This document shows, piece after piece, positions 49,257 to 58,980 of a DNA stretch of 64,000 nt. Position 1 is the first letter of the stretch. Each line of letters begins with the position of its first letter. Source of the DNA: a virus; IMG/VR virus record IMGVR_UViG_3300032242_000818, positions 100,718 through 164,717 of that record, one strand, 5' to 3'. A model generated the notes under the pieces. That model saw only the letters and a program-made list of their open reading frames with translations, did not search any database and was not told the origin of the DNA. The position numbers and the translations under genes were made by a program.

Positions 49257-50545
49257 TATTTCTTCCTATCAATTTTTAATTGTATACTATCTTTTATCAA
49301 TTCCATATGACATTCGTGGCGCTCTCTTGTAACATAATGATTGATAGCAGAGATAATATAAAACCCTGAAAACATCTGATCAATTAAATCTTGATCATTA
49401 TCAGTTTCGCTTACTGGTTGAGTTTTATTTAAAGTAACAGCAACTTTTTGTCCAACAGTATAATCAGATCTACCTGGAACTGTAATTTCAATTTTACTAG
49501 ACTCTGCTAATTTCATCAAAGAAATTCTCTCTTGCACATGCTTATAATTTGTAGCGTCACCATATCCACTAAAGTTAGCATTATCTCTAGGATAATTTAG
49601 TAACAAAGAATTAGATCTAAATATTGCATTATCTCCAATATTTTTATTTGGATTCAAATGTTTCCATTTATCGTATTTTTCTCTTATGCTGTAATTTTTA
49701 GCATTGTATATTTTTCTATTCAAATCATAAGAAATTAATTTTGAAGAATACATACCGCTACGGATTTTATCCATGTAATCAAAACCAGTTGGAATTATAA
49801 GTTCTTCTATTCTTCTAAAATCTTCAGGTATATTTTTGGCATCACCACCACCTGGAAGTTGATCTCTTGTATACCCATCTTTAGTAAATGATTGATATAA
49901 CCCATTTGTATAAAGGGAATCTAATGATATAAAATAAAACCCATATCTGTTCTCAAAGAATACATAATTCGCAGCATCATTTTTATTAACAGCCAAACTT
50001 GTTGCATAATTAATAGATTTAGCAGGAGACCAAAAGTTTGAAATAAACTTTATGTCTTTATTTGTGGGTTCAACAAATACTTCTTTTTTACTTTGTAAGC
50101 CATTAAAATTATCTGTAATTAAAGACTTAACAATATCTTCTGGTTTACCTGAATATACTTTACTTATTTTTTTATTAAGATCAATGACTGCTTCTGGTGA
50201 AATAAAATGTAGTTGATATGCAACAAGTTTATCACCAAGTAAAACTCGGTCAGTCATTTTATAAATGTAAAATGTTCCTCTAATATTTTTATTTTCTTCT
50301 AATGTTGGAGTAACAATTTGTATTTCAACCATCTCTTCACCAACAAAAGGAAAGAGATTAACTAAATCAAAAGATTCTCTTACAGTTAAAGAGCCAGATA
50401 TAAATGGAGAAAATATATCTTCATAAATTGAAATGGCAATTACCTGAGCAGCAATATCTTGCTTCAAGCCACCACTAGTAAATATGTCACATTTTTCAAT
50501 ACTGACATCACCAGCAAATCTTAACTCTTTATCTGCTGCTTGCAT
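49256..50545 (-). CDS. Baseplate hub protein (gp27-like by position)
   Basis: IYEDIFSPFISG, FFENRYG, ITVPGRSD..VG, SGFYIISAINH; between gp53 and gp5. Confidence 0.65.
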   Translation of the reverse strand: MQAADKELRFAGDVSIEKCDIFTSGGLKQDIAAQVIAISIYEDIFSPFISGSLTVRESFDLVNLFPFVGEEMVEIQIVTPTLEENKNIRGTFYIYKMTDRVLLGDKLVAYQLHFISPEAVIDLNKKISKVYSGKPEDIVKSLITDNFNGLQSKKEVFVEPTNKDIKFISNFWSPAKSINYATSLAVNKNDAANYVFFENRYGFYFISLDSLYTNGLYQSFTKDGYTRDQLPGGGDAKNIPEDFRRIEELIIPTGFDYMDKIRSGMYSSKLISYDLNRKIYNAKNYSIREKYDKWKHLNPNKNIGDNAIFRSNSLLLNYPRDNANFSGYGDATNYKHVQERISLMKLAESSKIEITVPGRSDYTVGQKVAVTLNKTQPVSETDNDQDLIDQMFSGFYIISAINHYVTRERHECHMELIKDSIQLKIDRKK

Positions 50546-51300
50546 TAGATTTCATCTTTATAATTTTTGAGAATTATTGATAACAGATCTCTTGAAATAA
50601 TTTTAATTCTGCGTTTTGATTCATTAACCTCTGCTTCATATCCAGCATTAGTAACTGGAACTGCAGAAGGATAGTCATAAGAAACTATAATACCAGCTGC
50701 ATTTTCATAGTGATGAATTGCTGTTGCTGAATCTCCGTATTTATCAATAACATATTGATCAAGATTTGCTTGAGTTAATGGCCAATCTCCAAGATAATCA
50801 TACATCTCATTTGCCAACATTACTACCCAATGATACATTGCATTACCATAAATTTTTTCAGCAACAATCTCTGGAGTTTCACCTTCAACAATATCATAGT
50901 AATCGTAAACAGTTATGTTGGCAAGAACGTCTCTACGAAATCTAATATTTCTAGTAATATCAGTAAGAATAACTGCTTTAGTTTCAGTATTTAATGAAGT
51001 GTATGGAGTTGATATAGTTACAGTTGGTATAGTAGCATAACCATATCCACCTTGAGTAATAGTAATATCCGTTATTTGTCCATTTTGAACTGTAGCAAAT
51101 GCTTGAGCAGCAACATCAGCTTCTTCTGGAGCAGAGAATGTAACATTAGCAGAAATATACCCAGAACCTGGATCTATAATTTCAATACCAGTAACTGCGC
51201 CACCACTAATAAAAGCAATTGCCTTTGCTTGAGTTCCTGTTCCTACAGTTTTTGTAATATCAAAATCATAAAGAAATTTTGGAAAGTTTTTAAAATACAT
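50545..51300 (-). CDS. gp53: Baseplate wedge gp53 with inserted beta-module
   Basis: MYFKNFP, GETPEIVAEKIYG..HWVVMLAN, WPL, NESKRRIK. Confidence 0.9.
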   Translation of the reverse strand: MYFKNFPKFLYDFDITKTVGTGTQAKAIAFISGGAVTGIEIIDPGSGYISANVTFSAPEEADVAAQAFATVQNGQITDITITQGGYGYATIPTVTISTPYTSLNTETKAVILTDITRNIRFRRDVLANITVYDYYDIVEGETPEIVAEKIYGNAMYHWVVMLANEMYDYLGDWPLTQANLDQYVIDKYGDSATAIHHYENAAGIIVSYDYPSAVPVTNAGYEAEVNESKRRIKIISRDLLSIILKNYKDEI

Positions 51301-52400
51301 TATAGATAATCCTTAACTTTGTCTTTAGTTAATAGAGCAAGTTCACGGAAATTTAATGTAACATCAATTTGAGTTGGCATTCCGTCAGGGAATGTACTAA
51401 ACATACCATTTGGTGTATAATTAATAGCCATATCTGTTAGTACGCAAGAAGTATGACGATGTAAATTTAAATTTTCTTGACCATCATTGTAATAAAAAAT
51501 ATCAAATTCAGAAGGATAGATATAAACAAAGTTATTGTTATCTTTAAACTCTGGATGCATATGATACTTAAATTGTTGAATAATGTTTAATACATTTCTC
51601 GCTTCAACAGAATTTCTTGGAAAGAACTTGTAGTCAAAACTAAATGTTCTAAAGTTGACACCTTTGAATACTTGCTCTTTCTTGGGGTTTGCTGCTAGAC
51701 CAGTAGCAGCAGAGTTTGCTGCTTGGTTTGGACCTTTTGATAAAGCGATATTTGCTAAAATTGCTGCACCTGTTCCAGTAACATCGCTATTTTTACCACC
51801 AGAAGATAACGCTTTCATTATTTCACTACCACCTGCTGCAGCCATAGCAATTGCACCAGTATCTTCTTCATTCCAAGTTACGCTATAATTGATAGAAAGA
51901 TTGTTTGGTATATGAAGAGCAATAGCAGTTTTTAATCGTTTTTGCGAACGTGTTCCTTGAGCACCAACAATAACACCAGTAGCTGCCCCAACAACTGCAC
52001 CAGCAGCTGCGCCTTTTGCTGCACCTTTTGCGTCTCCAGTTAATAGACCACCACCAATAGCACCTTCAATTGCGCCAGCAGTTGCATTTGCTGCAGCTAA
52101 TTGTGTTCCAGTTAACCCCATTGCAACAAGATCACCACGATCTCTTGGTGTTAAATCCTGAACTGATTCTCCTCCACCTGGAGGTTCTAATTTAGAATCA
52201 GTTGAAATATTAATGTAGAAAATAGCATAGTTACCGCCATACGTTCCTCTAGAATCGTATAAATCTGATGGGTATGAATAATTTTGAATAGAATACTTTT
52301 CGCTATCAAATAGTGATGCCTCACCTCTTGGTGTGTAAAGATTCTTTTTTGGTGTAGGAGAAGCTGGTGGAGCTGTTGTTGCTGGTGTGGTATCTGCCAT
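51300..52400 (-). CDS. gp48: Baseplate tail tube cap gp48
   Basis: IALHIP, NPKKEQVFKGVNFRTFSF, YPSEFDI, LNFREL. Confidence 0.88.
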   Translation of the reverse strand: MADTTPATTAPPASPTPKKNLYTPRGEASLFDSEKYSIQNYSYPSDLYDSRGTYGGNYAIFYINISTDSKLEPPGGGESVQDLTPRDRGDLVAMGLTGTQLAAANATAGAIEGAIGGGLLTGDAKGAAKGAAAGAVVGAATGVIVGAQGTRSQKRLKTAIALHIPNNLSINYSVTWNEEDTGAIAMAAAGGSEIMKALSSGGKNSDVTGTGAAILANIALSKGPNQAANSAATGLAANPKKEQVFKGVNFRTFSFDYKFFPRNSVEARNVLNIIQQFKYHMHPEFKDNNNFVYIYPSEFDIFYYNDGQENLNLHRHTSCVLTDMAINYTPNGMFSTFPDGMPTQIDVTLNFRELALLTKDKVKDYL

Positions 52401-52409
52401 TGATTTACT

Positions 52410-52448
52410 CTAAATAGTGGGTTATTGGCTATTCTATTACTTATTTAT
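52410..52448. promoter_or_regulatory. Pair of facing late promoters at the strand switch
   Basis: CTAAATA on + (52410-52416, toward gp4); ATAAATA on - (52442-52448, toward gp48). Confidence 0.55.
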
Positions 52449-52884
52449 GTTCCATAAAAGATTGTTCAAACCTTTATATCCAGAAAAATACACTGGAGAT
52501 CCAACCAATATTATAATGCGTTCTAGTTGGGAAACACGATTTGCGTCTTGGTGTGATAAAAACCCAAGCATTATAAAGTGGCAATCTGAAGAAACTATCG
52601 TTCCATATCGTTGCCCAACTGATAATAAAATTCATCGCTATTTTGTTGATTTTCAGATCCAAGTACAACAAAGGGATGGTACTTTAAAAAGATATCTGGT
52701 TGAAGTAAAACCATCTAAGCAATGTGTTCCACCAGAGTATCCTGGACGTCAAACCAAGAAATATATTACAGAATCTATGACGTATATTAAAAATCAAGCC
52801 AAATGGAAAGCAGCTACTGAGTATGCGAAAGATCGTGGCTGGGAATTCAAAATTATAACAGAGAAAGAACTTGGATTGGTTTGA
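52447..52884 (+). CDS. gp4: Head completion nuclease gp4 (TnsA-like)
   Basis: PEKYTGD, RSSWE, HRYFVDF, VEVKP, NQAKW.AA; likely start MFHK. Confidence 0.93.
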   Translation: MFHKRLFKPLYPEKYTGDPTNIIMRSSWETRFASWCDKNPSIIKWQSEETIVPYRCPTDNKIHRYFVDFQIQVQQRDGTLKRYLVEVKPSKQCVPPEYPGRQTKKYITESMTYIKNQAKWKAATEYAKDRGWEFKIITEKELGLV

Positions 52885-52898
52885 CCTAAATAAACAAT

Positions 52899-53501
52899 AT
52901 GGCAATCAAGAAACCTATCCAAGACGTTTTCGACCAGAATAAATACGATCTTTTAACTGCGGTAAAAAGATCTAGAAGCTGGTTTGAAAAACAAGTGTCT
53001 GCTATGGCACAGCAAAACATCACCCCAAATAAAGTATTAAAGGGTGAACCAAGTCATATGCGCACAGCAATTATGCCTGGAAATTTATATATGTATGTAT
53101 ATGATCCAAAAACAAAAGATGATCTACCATACTATGATAGATTTCCGTTAGTATTTCCTTTCAGAAAAACTGCTGATGGTTTTTATGGTTTAAATATGCA
53201 TTATCTTCCATATGACCTTAGAATTAAATTACTAGACCAATTGCTAGTATTTAAGTCAAATAGTCGCTGGGATGAAACTACAAAAATCAAATATAGCTGG
53301 GCATTAATTGATGGAGTTTCTCGTTATGCTGCAGCAAAACCTTGCGTAAAACAATATTTATCTGGTCATGTAAGAAGCCAGTTTAGACAAATCTACTCAG
53401 AAGACTGGGCAACTGCGATGTTATTACCTGTTGAAAGATTTGTTGGCGCATCTAAACAACAAGTCTGGGCAGATTCCAGAAAAATTATAAGAAGATCATA
53501 A
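52899..53501 (+). CDS. gp2: DNA end protector gp2
   Basis: YDPKTKDDLPYYDRFPL, GLNMHYLP, PCVKQYL; CTAAATA at 52886-52892 upstream. Confidence 0.93.
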   Translation: MAIKKPIQDVFDQNKYDLLTAVKRSRSWFEKQVSAMAQQNITPNKVLKGEPSHMRTAIMPGNLYMYVYDPKTKDDLPYYDRFPLVFPFRKTADGFYGLNMHYLPYDLRIKLLDQLLVFKSNSRWDETTKIKYSWALIDGVSRYAAAKPCVKQYLSGHVRSQFRQIYSEDWATAMLLPVERFVGASKQQVWADSRKIIRRS

Positions 53502-54257
53502 ATGGCAAAATCTCCATTAAACGACTTTATATCTAAAGTAAAGCAAGATGGTCTTGCTAGAAATAATAGATTTTTAGTTTGTATTACCCCAAAACAGCCA
53601 TATCAATTAGACCCAACAGGTAGTTGGCTACAAGATGTATTATTATTGTGCGATCAAGTGCAATTACCTGGAACTAATTTTAATACATCAGATATGAGAA
53701 CATATGGTGAAACTAGAAAAGCCCCATATGAAAGATTGTATGAAGATATCAATATGTCATTTTATGTTGATACTTCAATGACAGTTAAATATTTCTTTGA
53801 TAACTGGATGACATATATTCAAAATCCAGGAACTAGGAATTTTAACTATTATGATGATTATACTTCAGATATTACAATTGAAGTACAAGATTTAAAGAAT
53901 CAAACAAGATACGCTGTTCAATTAAGAGAAGCATTTCCTAAAAGTATAGGTGCTGTTCAGTTAGATCAATCTAACAAAGATATAATGAAGATATCTGTAA
54001 ATTTTGCATACAAATATTATGTTATTGGAGATCCAATATATATTCCTAACTCAGATCATGCGACTGGTGGGTTTGCGTCAATTAATTTTTCTGGTGATTC
54101 GATTAGTCGATATCAGCCAATTTTTAATCAAACACCATCAGCAGTTAGAACTCAAACAGATCCGTTAAATTCTTTTATCAACAGATTAAAGAATTTTGCG
54201 ATAGGCGCAGTTGGCTCAAAGATTGTAACAAAACTACCAGGAATTTTAAGGAGATAA
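53502..54257 (+). CDS. Baseplate tail tube initiator (gp54/gp19-like)
   Basis: GLARNNRF, LCDQVQLPG, EAFPKSIG tube-fold motifs. Confidence 0.75.
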   Translation: MAKSPLNDFISKVKQDGLARNNRFLVCITPKQPYQLDPTGSWLQDVLLLCDQVQLPGTNFNTSDMRTYGETRKAPYERLYEDINMSFYVDTSMTVKYFFDNWMTYIQNPGTRNFNYYDDYTSDITIEVQDLKNQTRYAVQLREAFPKSIGAVQLDQSNKDIMKISVNFAYKYYVIGDPIYIPNSDHATGGFASINFSGDSISRYQPIFNQTPSAVRTQTDPLNSFINRLKNFAIGAVGSKIVTKLPGILRR

Positions 54258-54259
54258 AA

Positions 54260-54739
54260 ATGGCAGATGAAATCGTACAGGAGAAGAAGAAAGATGAAGA
54301 CTGGATGCAAAAGAAATGGCGCCCAGCCATGGGGTGGATGTATATGGTTGTGTGTTTCTTTGATATGGTTATATTTCCAATTCTGTGGGCACTCGTACAA
54401 ACAATACAACACCAACAACTAGTTCAGTGGAACCCACTAACACTTCAAGGTGCTGGTTTATTCCACGTTGCCATGGGTGCTGTTTTAGGTATTGCCGCAT
54501 TTGGTCGTACACAAGAAAAGATCGCAGGGAGCGCAAACAATGCACCGACTACTACCCCACCAGCAACAACAGCCTTCCCAACTGCAATGCCAGCAGCACC
54601 TAGCGTATCTGCGCCAGCACCTAGCGCATTCCCAGCCCCAGTAGCTGCTCCAAGCAGCTTTGGAAGCGCATCTGCAACAAGTTTCAGCGCAGGATTCCCA
54701 GGCGATCCACCAACAAGGAACACTCGTAACGACGGATAA
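54260..54739 (+). CDS. Putative holin (3TM/GTA-type) with Pro/Ala-rich tail
   Basis: WRPAMGWMY, two hydrophobic segments, GRTQEK. Confidence 0.7.
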   Translation: MADEIVQEKKKDEDWMQKKWRPAMGWMYMVVCFFDMVIFPILWALVQTIQHQQLVQWNPLTLQGAGLFHVAMGAVLGIAAFGRTQEKIAGSANNAPTTTPPATTAFPTAMPAAPSVSAPAPSAFPAPVAAPSSFGSASATSFSAGFPGDPPTRNTRNDG

Positions 54740-54741
54740 AT

Positions 54742-55155
54742 ATGAAAATCGATGATACATTATCAGAAGTGTTTAACACAATACCTCAAGAATCAAAACC
54801 CCTTGAAGTGATTGATAGTAATACTGGCGAGGTTATACCTACAACAGAAGGTAAAATCGAAACAGATTATGAAACAACTAGATCGAACCTTCGTGAACTT
54901 CTAATAACTGGGCAGAATGCTTTGTATCATGCGTTAGAAGTGGCGAAACAATCTGAACACCCACGTGCTTTTGAAGTCGTGGGTAACCTTATGAAACAAC
55001 TTGCTGATGTAAACCAACAGTTATTAGATATACACCAGCAAAAACAAAAACTTGATGCTCCAAAGAAAGGTGCTGATAAAGTGACCAACAATGCTATCTT
55101 TGTAGGTAGCACTGCTGAATTGAGTAAAATGATTAAGAAAATGCAAGGAGAATAA
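54742..55155 (+). CDS. gp16: Terminase small subunit gp16
   Basis: DYETTRSNL, SEHPRAFEV, VTNNAIFVGSTAEL. Confidence 0.92.
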   Translation: MKIDDTLSEVFNTIPQESKPLEVIDSNTGEVIPTTEGKIETDYETTRSNLRELLITGQNALYHALEVAKQSEHPRAFEVVGNLMKQLADVNQQLLDIHQQKQKLDAPKKGADKVTNNAIFVGSTAELSKMIKKMQGE

Positions 55156-55158
55156 ATT

Positions 55159-55881
55159 ATGGCTTTGCCAATGAACAGTACACCAACTTATAACTTGGTG
55201 ATACCTTCTACTAAAAAGACTGTTAAGTATCGTCCATTTTTAGTTAAAGAAGAAAAATCGATATTGATTGCGCAACAAAGTGAAGATATTGTTGTTATGG
55301 TTGATACATTAAAAGATGTTATCAGATCTTGTATCATAGATAAAATTGATCCTGAAAGTCTTTCTACTTTTGATCTTGAGTATATCTTTACTCAAATTCG
55401 TGGAAAGTCAGTTGGCGAAATTATTGAATTATTCTTTCCATGTGATGTTGATCATGGCGAACAAAACGATAAAGCAAAGGTAAAAATATCGATTGATCTT
55501 ACTAAGATTGAAGTAGAATTTCCAGAAGATCATACTAACAAAATTGAATTATTTGGTGATGTTGGTATGATTATGAAGTATCCAACTATTGAGATTATGA
55601 CTAAGTTAGAAAAGACTGACTCAGACGATCTTGATAATATCTTTGAAATTGTTGCTGACTGTATAGATTTAATCTATGAAGGTGACAAAATTCACTATGC
55701 TAAAGAAACAAAGAAAGAAGAACTTTTAGAATTTTTATATAATTTAAATTCTGAACAGTTTATTAAAGTACAAAACTTTTTCGCGACGTTGCCTAGGATT
55801 AAAAAGGAAGTTGAATATAACTGCCCAATCTGTGGTCTACATCATAAGAAAGTTTTGGAGGGAATGCAAAGTTTTTTTTAA
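55159..55881 (+). CDS. gp26: Baseplate hub assembly protein gp26-like
   Basis: MALP, YRPFLVKEEK, FDLEYIF..IRGKSVGE, MKYPT, LEGMQSFF. Confidence 0.88.
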   Translation: MALPMNSTPTYNLVIPSTKKTVKYRPFLVKEEKSILIAQQSEDIVVMVDTLKDVIRSCIIDKIDPESLSTFDLEYIFTQIRGKSVGEIIELFFPCDVDHGEQNDKAKVKISIDLTKIEVEFPEDHTNKIELFGDVGMIMKYPTIEIMTKLEKTDSDDLDNIFEIVADCIDLIYEGDKIHYAKETKKEELLEFLYNLNSEQFIKVQNFFATLPRIKKEVEYNCPICGLHHKKVLEGMQSFF

Positions 55882-56066
55882 TGAATCTCTGTCATGAAAA
55901 CTTGGCGAACTATTATAAACTAAATTTCGCTCTGATGCAGTACCACAAATACTCCTTGGCAGAGATTGAAAATATGATTCCGTTTGAGCGAGAAGTGTAC
56001 GTTGCTATGTTAATTCAGTATCTAGAAGAAGAAAAACAACGAATAGAAGCAAACAAGAGACAATAA
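55881..56066 (+). CDS. gp51: Baseplate hub assembly chaperone gp51-like (possibly a frameshift extension of gp26)
   Basis: NYYKLNFALMQYHKYSL.EIENMIPFER. Confidence 0.85.
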   Translation: MNLCHENLANYYKLNFALMQYHKYSLAEIENMIPFEREVYVAMLIQYLEEEKQRIEANKRQ

Positions 56067-56067
56067 A

Positions 56068-57783
56068 ATGGCAAAAAGAAATAGTAGAAAAGCACCAGTA
56101 GTTAATGTAACTAGTTCTACAACAGTAGAAGTTAATGGTGGGATTTCATCATCTGAGTTTAAACAACTACTAGATCTACAGGCTGCTGCTGTTGGTGAAC
56201 TTACTTCTGTCAGAACCTTACTTGAACTTTCTAAAGAAGTAAGTAAATCTTCATCTTCTGCAGCTGCTGCGCCATCTATGTCTTCTGAGAAGATCCTACA
56301 AGATATACTTAAAGTTGCTAAAGAGCAGTTCAAGGGTAGCAGACGTTCTTGGAAACTTCAAGAAGATTTCCAAAAAGAATGGGATAAAGAAGCAAAGAAT
56401 ATTGCTGAGATGGCAAAGGGCATGAAGACCTTTAAAACATTCGGCGAAAAAATGCAAGACAAAAAAGCATCGTTCAAAGAAAACTTTAGTCTTGCTGGAA
56501 TGAAGAAAAATGTTTTAGGTGCGCTTAATGTTGGTGGTATTTTTAATAAGACTCTCGAGCGAGATAAGTTTGTTGAGCAACAAAAAGCATTAGGCAGTAC
56601 TGCTTCTAATAAAGAGTTAAAACAGGATTATGAAAAAGCCCATGTAGCTGCAAAAGAGACTAAGAAAACAGAAGCTGCTATTGAGAAAATAAAATCCAAG
56701 GCTGCTAATGGTGGTCCAGAAGTAAGCGAAGAACATCTTAAAACAGTCAATCCTGAATTTGCTAAACTATTAGAAAAGCGTCAAGCCAATGCTGATGAGT
56801 TTGGTAAATATCAAAGATCAACTGATATCCATAGTCCAACTCCAGTTAATAGAAATATTGTTGAGGGATTAAACCCTGCTCCAATGAGTAAAGTTGTTCC
56901 AAGTTCAACTGCACCAGAAATGGGTAAAACACCCACGTCAACCGCAGCTGAAGCAGCACAGGGTGCTGAAGTTATGGAAGAAGGTAAGAAGATGGAAGAA
57001 GATCAAACCCATCTTCTTAAAGTTATTGCTGAGAATACTGGTGGTGACAGGAAGGCACAAACAAAACCAGCTGAAGAAAAGAAACCAGAGGGTGGTGGTC
57101 TATTAGATACTATTATGAGTTTCTTAGGTGATGGTTTAATGCAAGCATTTAAACGACTATTCAATCCAGGGACTATTCTAAAATCTCTTGGTAAGATCTT
57201 CGCTATTGGTATGATTGTTGGTGCTTTGTTTGAAGGTATTATGGATGGCTTTGATGAGTTTATGAAAACAGGTGATATTGGTAAAGCACTTATCGCTGGC
57301 CTTGCTGGTATTATTGACTTCTTAACATTCGGTTTATTTGATAAAGAAAAGATTAAAGAAGTTATTGGTGACTTCAGTAAGTTCTTGTATGACCATGTTA
57401 TAAAACCATACGTTGATTTTATTACATATATCAAAGATGCATTTATGTCTCTGATTGAAAATATTGGTATACCAGAAATCAAATTTAAGATTCCTGTTAT
57501 CAATAAAGAAGTTGGTATTGGTCCATTTTATCCGTTTAAGAAAGATGCTAAACAACCAGAAGCTGCTACCCCAGAAGCACCTCCACCAACTACTGGTAAT
57601 CAAGTTGATCAACAGTCAGCAGAAAATGCTGGAGCAAAAGAAACACCTGTAGCTGCTAATAAAACTAATGTGGTTAATGCACCAGTTACCACAAATAATA
57701 ATACTACTCAAGTTCAAATGAGACCTGCCATTAGAAATCAGGAATCATCACAAAGCAGGTACGTACAAAGCAAATACGCATAA
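56068..57783 (+). CDS. Tape measure-like protein (gp29-like)
   Basis: Helical K/E-rich N-half, hydrophobic Gly-rich segment, C-terminal NVVNAP..NN; follows gp26/gp51. Confidence 0.7.
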   Translation: MAKRNSRKAPVVNVTSSTTVEVNGGISSSEFKQLLDLQAAAVGELTSVRTLLELSKEVSKSSSSAAAAPSMSSEKILQDILKVAKEQFKGSRRSWKLQEDFQKEWDKEAKNIAEMAKGMKTFKTFGEKMQDKKASFKENFSLAGMKKNVLGALNVGGIFNKTLERDKFVEQQKALGSTASNKELKQDYEKAHVAAKETKKTEAAIEKIKSKAANGGPEVSEEHLKTVNPEFAKLLEKRQANADEFGKYQRSTDIHSPTPVNRNIVEGLNPAPMSKVVPSSTAPEMGKTPTSTAAEAAQGAEVMEEGKKMEEDQTHLLKVIAENTGGDRKAQTKPAEEKKPEGGGLLDTIMSFLGDGLMQAFKRLFNPGTILKSLGKIFAIGMIVGALFEGIMDGFDEFMKTGDIGKALIAGLAGIIDFLTFGLFDKEKIKEVIGDFSKFLYDHVIKPYVDFITYIKDAFMSLIENIGIPEIKFKIPVINKEVGIGPFYPFKKDAKQPEAATPEAPPPTTGNQVDQQSAENAGAKETPVAANKTNVVNAPVTTNNNTTQVQMRPAIRNQESSQSRYVQSKYA

Positions 57784-57808
57784 AAAAAGGGCACCGAAGT
57801 GCCCTTTT
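57782..57808. terminator. Bidirectional terminator between convergent genes
   Basis: A7-GGGCA-CCGAAG-TGCCC-T4; cUUCGg loop on minus strand. Confidence 0.9.
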
Positions 57809-57822
57809 CAACAACCACTGAA

Positions 57823-58734
57823 TTATTCTTCAGCAGCAATTTTCTTAAAGTAAGACATCACATCCTCATCGTCATCATTATCGATAGACTTTTGAGTAGG
57901 TGCTGGTTTAGATTTTAAACTTGGTGCTGAAGCAACAGGCATATTATCTTCAGTCATTGAAGCAGCAGACTTACCAGCAAAAGTATCACCAGAAAGAACT
58001 GCATCAAGTTTCTTCTTCAATTCGTCATAAGACTTGAAGTTGCTACGATCGGTAAACTCAGACAACTTATGTTGAGCATTAACGATACGAACAATTTCTT
58101 CATCACTGTCAGCAACTGGACATGGGTCAGAAAACACGGACTCATCGTAGTTAGCATAACCATCTTTCTTGCGCATACGCAATTTAAAGTTGGCACCTTC
58201 CCATAAGTCAAACACGTTTACTGGCTTTTCATCTTCGAAAGTTGGACGAGCCTTATCCATGATCTTGTCAAAGATCTTCTTACCAAACTTAAACAAAAAT
58301 ACCTTACCTTCATTCTCAGGGTGCTTTGGGTCAGACACAATGAGTACGTTAGCAGTGAAACTTAGTTTACGCTTTTGTTTACGAGCGATCTCTTTGTTAG
58401 CATCAGAACCTGAGTTCCAAAGCATAGTGTTCAATTCACCGACTGGATCATTTTCACCAAGAGTAGTTAGGGAGTTTTCGATATACCACTTTCCAGTTGG
58501 ACCTTGGAAGCCATGGCTAAAGATACGAACCCATGGGAGTTCATCGCCTTCGACACGTGGTAGGAATCGTAGAGTAGCTGTTCCGTTGCCAGCCTTATCG
58601 CCCTCTAGACGCCAGAAGCGATTGTCGTCATAAGACTTCTTTTCGCCACTTTGTGGGTTAGAGATTTTATCAAATTCTCCAGCGATTTTGCTGAAGTCTT
58701 GATTGCGCATTTTACGGAGTGTTTGAATATCCAT
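57823..58734 (-). CDS. gp32: ssDNA-binding protein gp32
   Basis: DNRFW, GNG.A.LRFLP, HGFQGPTGKWYIENSLTTLG, FGKKIFDK, acidic tail. Confidence 0.97.
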   Translation of the reverse strand: MDIQTLRKMRNQDFSKIAGEFDKISNPQSGEKKSYDDNRFWRLEGDKAGNGTATLRFLPRVEGDELPWVRIFSHGFQGPTGKWYIENSLTTLGENDPVGELNTMLWNSGSDANKEIARKQKRKLSFTANVLIVSDPKHPENEGKVFLFKFGKKIFDKIMDKARPTFEDEKPVNVFDLWEGANFKLRMRKKDGYANYDESVFSDPCPVADSDEEIVRIVNAQHKLSEFTDRSNFKSYDELKKKLDAVLSGDTFAGKSAASMTEDNMPVASAPSLKSKPAPTQKSIDNDDDEDVMSYFKKIAAEE

Positions 58735-58757
58735 CGTATGTTTCCTTTGTATTAATA

Positions 58758-58979
58758 TTACGGTTTATTTTTAGTATGTTGTATTTGAATCTTATCATCT
58801 AGTTCAATGTCATCATTAAAGTCTTCATTATTCAAATCATAATCATCTTCAACATAGTTATTTATCGTTCTCATTCCACCAGTTTTTTTACCATTAGAAT
58901 GTTTGGCAGGTTTCCCTGAACGATTACCAAATTCAGTATCATCAAATTTCTTTGATGATTTATAATAAGTGCGACCCAT
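58758..58979 (-). CDS. Small hypothetical protein
   Basis: ORF between gp59 and gp32; basic N-half, acidic C-half. Confidence 0.6.
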   Translation of the reverse strand: MGRTYYKSSKKFDDTEFGNRSGKPAKHSNGKKTGGMRTINNYVEDDYDLNNEDFNDDIELDDKIQIQHTKNKP

Positions 58980-58980
58980 T

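Noticed and set aside
54736-54742. ATAAATA late promoter for gp16
   Set aside because: It overlaps the gp16 start codon, so a transcript from it would lack the ATG
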